From Candidatus Kaiserbacteria bacterium (GTDB lineage: Bacteria; Patescibacteriota; Minisyncoccia; Phycocordibacterales; UBA2100): a stretch of 64,000 bases of DNA. The translations under genes and the position numbers were made by a program. The stretch covers positions 6,121-70,120 of the forward strand of contig JACPLD010000003.1 of assembly GCA_016186765.1 (NCBI GenBank), written 5' to 3'. Shown one piece after another: positions 59,684 to 64,000 of the stretch (positions within the stretch are counted from its first letter, which is position 1; every line of letters begins with the position of its first letter). The notes under the pieces were generated by a model, which ran no database searches, was not told the origin of the DNA, and saw only the letters and a program-made list of their open reading frames with translations.

Positions 59684-60934
59684 ATGGCAAACGGCAAGGA
59701 CGATGAGCACCTGAAAGATCGAGACCACAAAAAACTCGGTCGCGAGCTCGATCTCTTTACCTTCTCCGATACCGTCGGCAAAGGTCTTCCCCTTTTCACC
59801 GCTAAAGGCGCAGCGATACGGCGCGAGCTGGAGCGCTTTATCGTTGACGAAGAGATCCGTCGCGGCTACCAACACGTGCACACGCCCGACATCGCGAAGC
59901 TCGACCTGTATCGAAAGAGCGGCCACTATCCGCACTACAAAGATTCGATGTATGCGCCCATCATTATCGACGACGAGGAGTTCATGCTCCGTCCGATGAC
60001 CTGTCCGCATCACTTCGAGCTCTACCTCGACAAGCCACGCAGCTACCGAGAGCTCCCCATGCGCATCGCCGAACTCGCAAATCTCTATCGCTACGAGCAG
60101 TCGGGCGAGCTGATGGGCCTGCAGCGCGTGCGCACGTTCTGCCTCGCCGACGCACACATCATCTGCGCCTCCGAGGAGGAGGCTGCCGAAGAAATGGGAA
60201 AAGCACTCGACCTTATCGAATACGTTGCGGGCGTCTTCGGCCTCAAACAGGGCGAAGAGTACCGCTACCGTCTTTCGCTCGGCGATAGGACAAACACAGA
60301 AAAATATTATAAGAACGATGCCGCGTGGGAGAAAAGCGAGATACTCCTGCGCAAACTCATGAAAGAACGCCGTGGGAAATTCGAAGAAGCGAAAGACGAA
60401 GCAGCGTTTTACGGCCCCAAGATCGACATTCAAATGAAAAACGTGAACGGCAAAGAAGACACCGCCTTCACCGTGCAATACGACTTCTGTATGCCTGACC
60501 GTTTCGATCTCACCTATATCGCGCAAGACGGCACGAAGAGGCGCGCGTTCGTGGTGCATCGCTCCTCCATAGGCGCGATCGAGCGCATCGTCGCTTTCCT
60601 CATCGAACATTACGCCGGCATCTTCCCGCTCTGGCTCTCGCCTGTGCAAGTGAAAATACTTCCCGTTTCCGAAAAGCACGCGGCGTACGCAAGCGACATT
60701 GCAAAAGAGTTGCGCGAGGTCGGTATTCGCATCGAGCTCGACGATTCGAATGAGACGCTCGGGAAGCGCATTCGAAATGCAAAAACCGAGAAAGTTCCGT
60801 ACCTCCTCGTCGTTGGCAACGACGAAGTCGCAGCCAAGACCGCGACGCTTGAAGGACGCGAAGGTAAGGTTGGTACGTTCGCGCTCACAAACGTGACCAA
60901 GCGGCTGCAAGAAGAGATACGTGCGCGGCGATAA
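59684..60934 (+). CDS. thrS: Threonine-tRNA ligase lacking the N-terminal TGS/editing domains
   Basis: Starts just before RDHKKLG; PMTCPHH, YRYE.SG, AAFYGPKID, HR, FPLWLSP.Q. Confidence 0.96.
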   Translation: MANGKDDEHLKDRDHKKLGRELDLFTFSDTVGKGLPLFTAKGAAIRRELERFIVDEEIRRGYQHVHTPDIAKLDLYRKSGHYPHYKDSMYAPIIIDDEEFMLRPMTCPHHFELYLDKPRSYRELPMRIAELANLYRYEQSGELMGLQRVRTFCLADAHIICASEEEAAEEMGKALDLIEYVAGVFGLKQGEEYRYRLSLGDRTNTEKYYKNDAAWEKSEILLRKLMKERRGKFEEAKDEAAFYGPKIDIQMKNVNGKEDTAFTVQYDFCMPDRFDLTYIAQDGTKRRAFVVHRSSIGAIERIVAFLIEHYAGIFPLWLSPVQVKILPVSEKHAAYASDIAKELREVGIRIELDDSNETLGKRIRNAKTEKVPYLLVVGNDEVAAKTATLEGREGKVGTFALTNVTKRLQEEIRARR

Positions 60935-60978
60935 AACAAAAACTCCCCGGTGGGGAGCTTTTGTTCTTTGGAGTTTTC

Positions 60979-60998
60979 CCTGCCCGCCGGCAGGCAGG
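60979..60998. repeat. 20-bp palindrome, CCTGCC family
   Basis: CCTGCCCGCCGGCAGGCAGG. Confidence 0.8.
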
Positions 60999-61021
60999 TC
61001 GCGAGAGCGGCGGCACTATTT

Positions 61022-62452
61022 TTAACTTCGATTCACGACGATGTGCGGTGCCTGACCATTTGCCGACTCTGCGAACGTCATCGAATCCTTCGGAGAAACA
61101 ACTGCGGTGTGCGCGACCGGAAGTGCCTCAGGAACGCGAGATGCGCGAACTGGGGCAAATGTCTTCGGAGCCACCGTCTGCTTGAACATCGCGGGCGCCT
61201 TCTCGATGCGAACACCGAACATCCGACGACTACCGAAGAGAGAGTGCGCGAAGTTCGCTGCGCCGCCCCTGTAGTAGATCACGAGGTAGGCGGAAGCGAG
61301 CGCGAAGGAAAGGAGGCCGAGCCAGTAGATGGCGTTGCCGAAGGCGCCGAGATCGAAGCCCGTGTATGGAATTTGCGAGAGTGAGACGTAGGGGTACGCA
61401 CCGGAGACGTTCACGTAGGTCGTGCAGTTTCGCGTTCCGCCGTAGCCGGAGATTGTGAGCGTGTAGGTGGTCGAGACATTCGGGCGAACCGCAAGTGTGC
61501 TGTTCGGAGCGACAATGCCGATCCCATCGGAGAGCCATGCACTCGTTGCACCGTAGCTCGTCCAGCTAAGTATCGCTGCCTGGCCGTTCTGAATGTAGCT
61601 GGGAGAGGCCGTGATCACACAGTAGAGACCTTGCGCGGGGTAGATCGGTGCAGGAGGAATCGGCTGGGGGTACGTGTACTGCACAAGCGGCTGAGGCGTC
61701 GCAGGCGCAAGCGTCGTCGAATTGAAGCTGCTGTTGATCGAGTTGTCGATGTTGTTCACGCTCGTGTTGCAACTGTTCCCGACGCAGGTGTTGGTGGTGA
61801 GGTTCGAAGAAGGAGTCGTGATGATTGGAGGCTGGGGCTGCGGCCGCGGAGGCGGGTAGCTAATCGGCGGAGCAATGACCGGAGGCGCGGAAGCATACCT
61901 CGGGGCCGTCACTGGCATCGGTGCAGAAGGGAACGGGCGGGGGGGCGACGAGAAGCTCTGACAGGTGACACACGGAGGAGTAGAGTAGCTCGGGTAGCTC
62001 TGCGCGACATCATAGACATCATAGACGTCGTACACATCGTAGACGTCGTAGACATCATAGACATCATAGACATCGTATACGTCATACGTGTCGTAGTAGC
62101 CTAGATTATCCCCGTAGGAGTCGTAGTACCCGAGGTTATCTCCGTAGGAATCGTAATAACCAAGATTTTCTCCGTACGAATCATAGTAGCCGAGGTTGTC
62201 TCCGTAGGAGTCGTAGTAGCCCAGATTGTCGCCGTACGAATCGTAGTAGCCAAGGTTGTCGCCCCATGTGTCGTAGTAGCCAAGATCACCGTACGAATCG
62301 TAGTACCCAAGGTTGTCTCCGTAGGAGTCGTAGTAGCCCAGATCTTGTGCACGGCTCAACTGAGGTAGAACCAAGGTTACCGCGACGAGAACAGCAATAT
62401 ACAAAAAAGCACTACGAGCCACCGCAATGTTCTGTGAGAATGAATAATTCAT
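61022..62452 (-). CDS. Surface protein with Tyr/Asp repeats, Ig-like module and IPYTG-TM anchor
   Basis: Signal peptide, 9x (D/E)NLGYYDSYG-like, 9x YDV, Pro-rich region, ITASP...LSWTS...TTYTLT module, SQIPYTG plus TM. Confidence 0.85.
   Translation of the reverse strand: MNYSFSQNIAVARSAFLYIAVLVAVTLVLPQLSRAQDLGYYDSYGDNLGYYDSYGDLGYYDTWGDNLGYYDSYGDNLGYYDSYGDNLGYYDSYGENLGYYDSYGDNLGYYDSYGDNLGYYDTYDVYDVYDVYDVYDVYDVYDVYDVYDVAQSYPSYSTPPCVTCQSFSSPPRPFPSAPMPVTAPRYASAPPVIAPPISYPPPRPQPQPPIITTPSSNLTTNTCVGNSCNTSVNNIDNSINSSFNSTTLAPATPQPLVQYTYPQPIPPAPIYPAQGLYCVITASPSYIQNGQAAILSWTSYGATSAWLSDGIGIVAPNSTLAVRPNVSTTYTLTISGYGGTRNCTTYVNVSGAYPYVSLSQIPYTGFDLGAFGNAIYWLGLLSFALASAYLVIYYRGGAANFAHSLFGSRRMFGVRIEKAPAMFKQTVAPKTFAPVRASRVPEALPVAHTAVVSPKDSMTFAESANGQAPHIVVNRS
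62007..62346 (-). repeat. Coding tandem repeats (30-nt and 9-nt units)
   Basis: Synonymously diverged units encoding DNLGYYDSYG and YDV. Confidence 0.9.
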
Positions 62453-62607
62453 AGCAGATTTTGCCTACGGTTACGGTTATTTTGTTAATTTCGGCGTTAC
62501 TTTACTGTATTTTTTAAAACTGTCAAGTCTTCGCATTATCAGACAGAAATAAGGAGGAAACGGGCTGGCAACAGTCTGCCAAAGCCCGTCCCTCCGTGTC
62601 CGCTAAA

Positions 62608-63045
62608 TCAACGGACACATGCGATGTGCCACCGCTTGTCGCCGCGGAACTTCTGATCCGCGGTGAAAGCGGGTGCGTTCGTCTTGCCCTTCACGGGCTC
62701 CAGCTTGACCTTTCTCGAAGGGCAAGCCTTGTCAGCGTCTGGCGCCATGTTGAGAGCGGACGGCGGAGCGCCGTTCCCGCCAGACACGATGGTCCAGACG
62801 TTGCCGGCCCCATCCTTAAAAGTGTTCGGGGCGAGCTCCTCCGCGGCGGGTGCAGGGGTTGCCTGCGCCGCGGACGCGGGGTCTGGGTGGTTGCACTCAG
62901 GCTGACCACCTGGGTGCGGGATGAACCGCCCCCCGTCGGCCTCGCATTGAGCCTTCAGCTCGGCCTCGGTGGCCGCCGAAGCGGGCATCGAGGCGAGGGC
63001 CGGTAGCGCGAAGGTCGCGACGAGAGCAAGCATCATCTTTTTCAT
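62608..63045 (-). CDS. Small secreted protein with 4 Cys
   Basis: GGAGG SD; MKKMMLALV...PASA signal peptide. Confidence 0.7.
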   Translation of the reverse strand: MKKMMLALVATFALPALASMPASAATEAELKAQCEADGGRFIPHPGGQPECNHPDPASAAQATPAPAAEELAPNTFKDGAGNVWTIVSGGNGAPPSALNMAPDADKACPSRKVKLEPVKGKTNAPAFTADQKFRGDKRWHIACVR

Positions 63046-63326
63046 GGATTCCTCCATTGCCGGGCCCTCATGACCGGCGGTTTGAGCGAGGGCTGGGTGA
63101 GCGCGACATATCTCGTGCGCACACAGCCCTCGCTTTGCAGTGGCAATTGACAAAGAACAAATGGGCTTACCAGCCCAGCAACACGCCTTGAAATAAGACA
63201 TGCAACTGGATGGGCAAGACAAGAACTTTAAGGAGCAGGATTGTATCATTGATTCCCGCATTGTCAAGGTCTATAGAGACGGCCCAGGAAGTAAGCTCCT
63301 GGGCCGGTTCCTCATGAGAGGAAGGT

Positions 63327-63683
63327 TCAATCGCACTCGGGTACGATCGCGTAGACGGGCACGCCGTCCTCGTTATTCTTGACGAATGTGCTTCGCCAGG
63401 CACATTCTTTTTCTTTTTCGTCGCTGGTCCGCTGCCACCCCTCGTAATTTGGACTCGGTAGTGGCCAGTGCAAAATGGTGAGCCAAATCACCAGCACGGC
63501 CAGGACGGTGAGAACGATGGCTGATCCCACGTTCATGGATTCCTCCTTTCGTGAGTTGTTGCGACGTTGGGCTTCGCTATTGCGCACTGCCGAAGTGACA
63601 GACGCGAAGTTGGGCTCGACGACCGCATCCACGGGTATGTGGAGACGATTATCCGGACCCCACCAGGGTTTTTTGTCTGGCAT
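63327..63683 (-). CDS. Hypothetical membrane protein (second in-frame SD-led start at 63536)
   Basis: GGAGG before the ATGs at 63683 and 63536; one TM segment. Confidence 0.55.
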   Translation of the reverse strand: MPDKKPWWGPDNRLHIPVDAVVEPNFASVTSAVRNSEAQRRNNSRKEESMNVGSAIVLTVLAVLVIWLTILHWPLPSPNYEGWQRTSDEKEKECAWRSTFVKNNEDGVPVYAIVPECD

Positions 63684-63694
63684 GTCCACCTCCC

Positions 63695-64000
63695 TTATAT
63701 CGCCTTCGGAGGCTCAGGCGTTTTCTGCCCACCTGCAAGGCTTTCGATGGCGGGGATCACTACGTGTGGAGGAACATTCTTCACCGGGATGAGCTCCCCT
63801 GTGAAGGGATTCTTCAGCGACCAGTTAATGTCGATGACGCCGTCACAAGTTGCACGAATCTCCCGCTGACTCGGCAACGGCACGGCCGCTGGTGCGACGC
63901 TTGCGACGGGCTGTCCTGCCGGTACACTCCCGCGCAACGATGACGCTCGGTAGTCTTCGCCCCGATTGACCAAGTAGTCGAAAATGGCAAAGCCAGTGAA
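63695..64000 (-). CDS. Hypothetical protein, 5' part outside the window
   Basis: Frame stays open to the window edge (FTGFAIFDYLVNRG...). Confidence 0.5.
   Translation of the reverse strand, partial: FTGFAIFDYLVNRGEDYRASSLRGSVPAGQPVASVAPAAVPLPSQREIRATCDGVIDINWSLKNPFTGELIPVKNVPPHVVIPAIESLAGGQKTPEPPKAI

Noticed and set aside
62007-62346. CRISPR array
   Set aside because: Units are contiguous, in frame and synonymously variable, with no unique spacers and no cas genes in the window.

Overview
Chromosomal window from a Patescibacteria/CPR bacterium, most likely Parcubacteria (Kaiserbacteria-like). The taxonomy is inferred from the tandem VirB2-like pilins next to a solute-binding protein, a HisRS-like paralog, a hingeless short SMC, a NusB-Nudix fusion, a 4-domain S1 and an IPYTG-anchored surface protein. 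The standard genetic code fits all genes. Most of the window is housekeeping: gyrA, rpsA, pth, lepB, rpsU, ybeY, ftsA/ftsZ, trxB, pyrE/pyrF, gpmA, tsaC/tsaD, valS, rpoD, dnaG, uppS, rpoB/rpoC, trmD, rpsP, smc, rnc, nusB, rpmF, rnhB, dnaE, thrS and three tRNAs, with orphan genes in between. The most striking unexplained layer is a set of miniature palindromic elements. Two stand-alone RAYT-type HUH (Y1) transposase genes are each bracketed by their own palindrome; both use the right palindrome as their stop codon, and one carries a third copy inside its own ORF. At least four further families of 20-70 bp inverted-repeat elements, plus 7-nt tandem arrays, are scattered through the window. They repeatedly nest inside copies of themselves and sit in frame within essential genes (dnaE, valS, trmD, tsaD). 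Other candidates are a tandem-duplicated Tad1-like (immune-signal sponge) protein, two structured intergenic RNAs, a Tyr/Asp repeat surface protein, and a split between leaderless core genes and SD-led orphan genes. All family assignments are by eye from motifs; no database searches were run.
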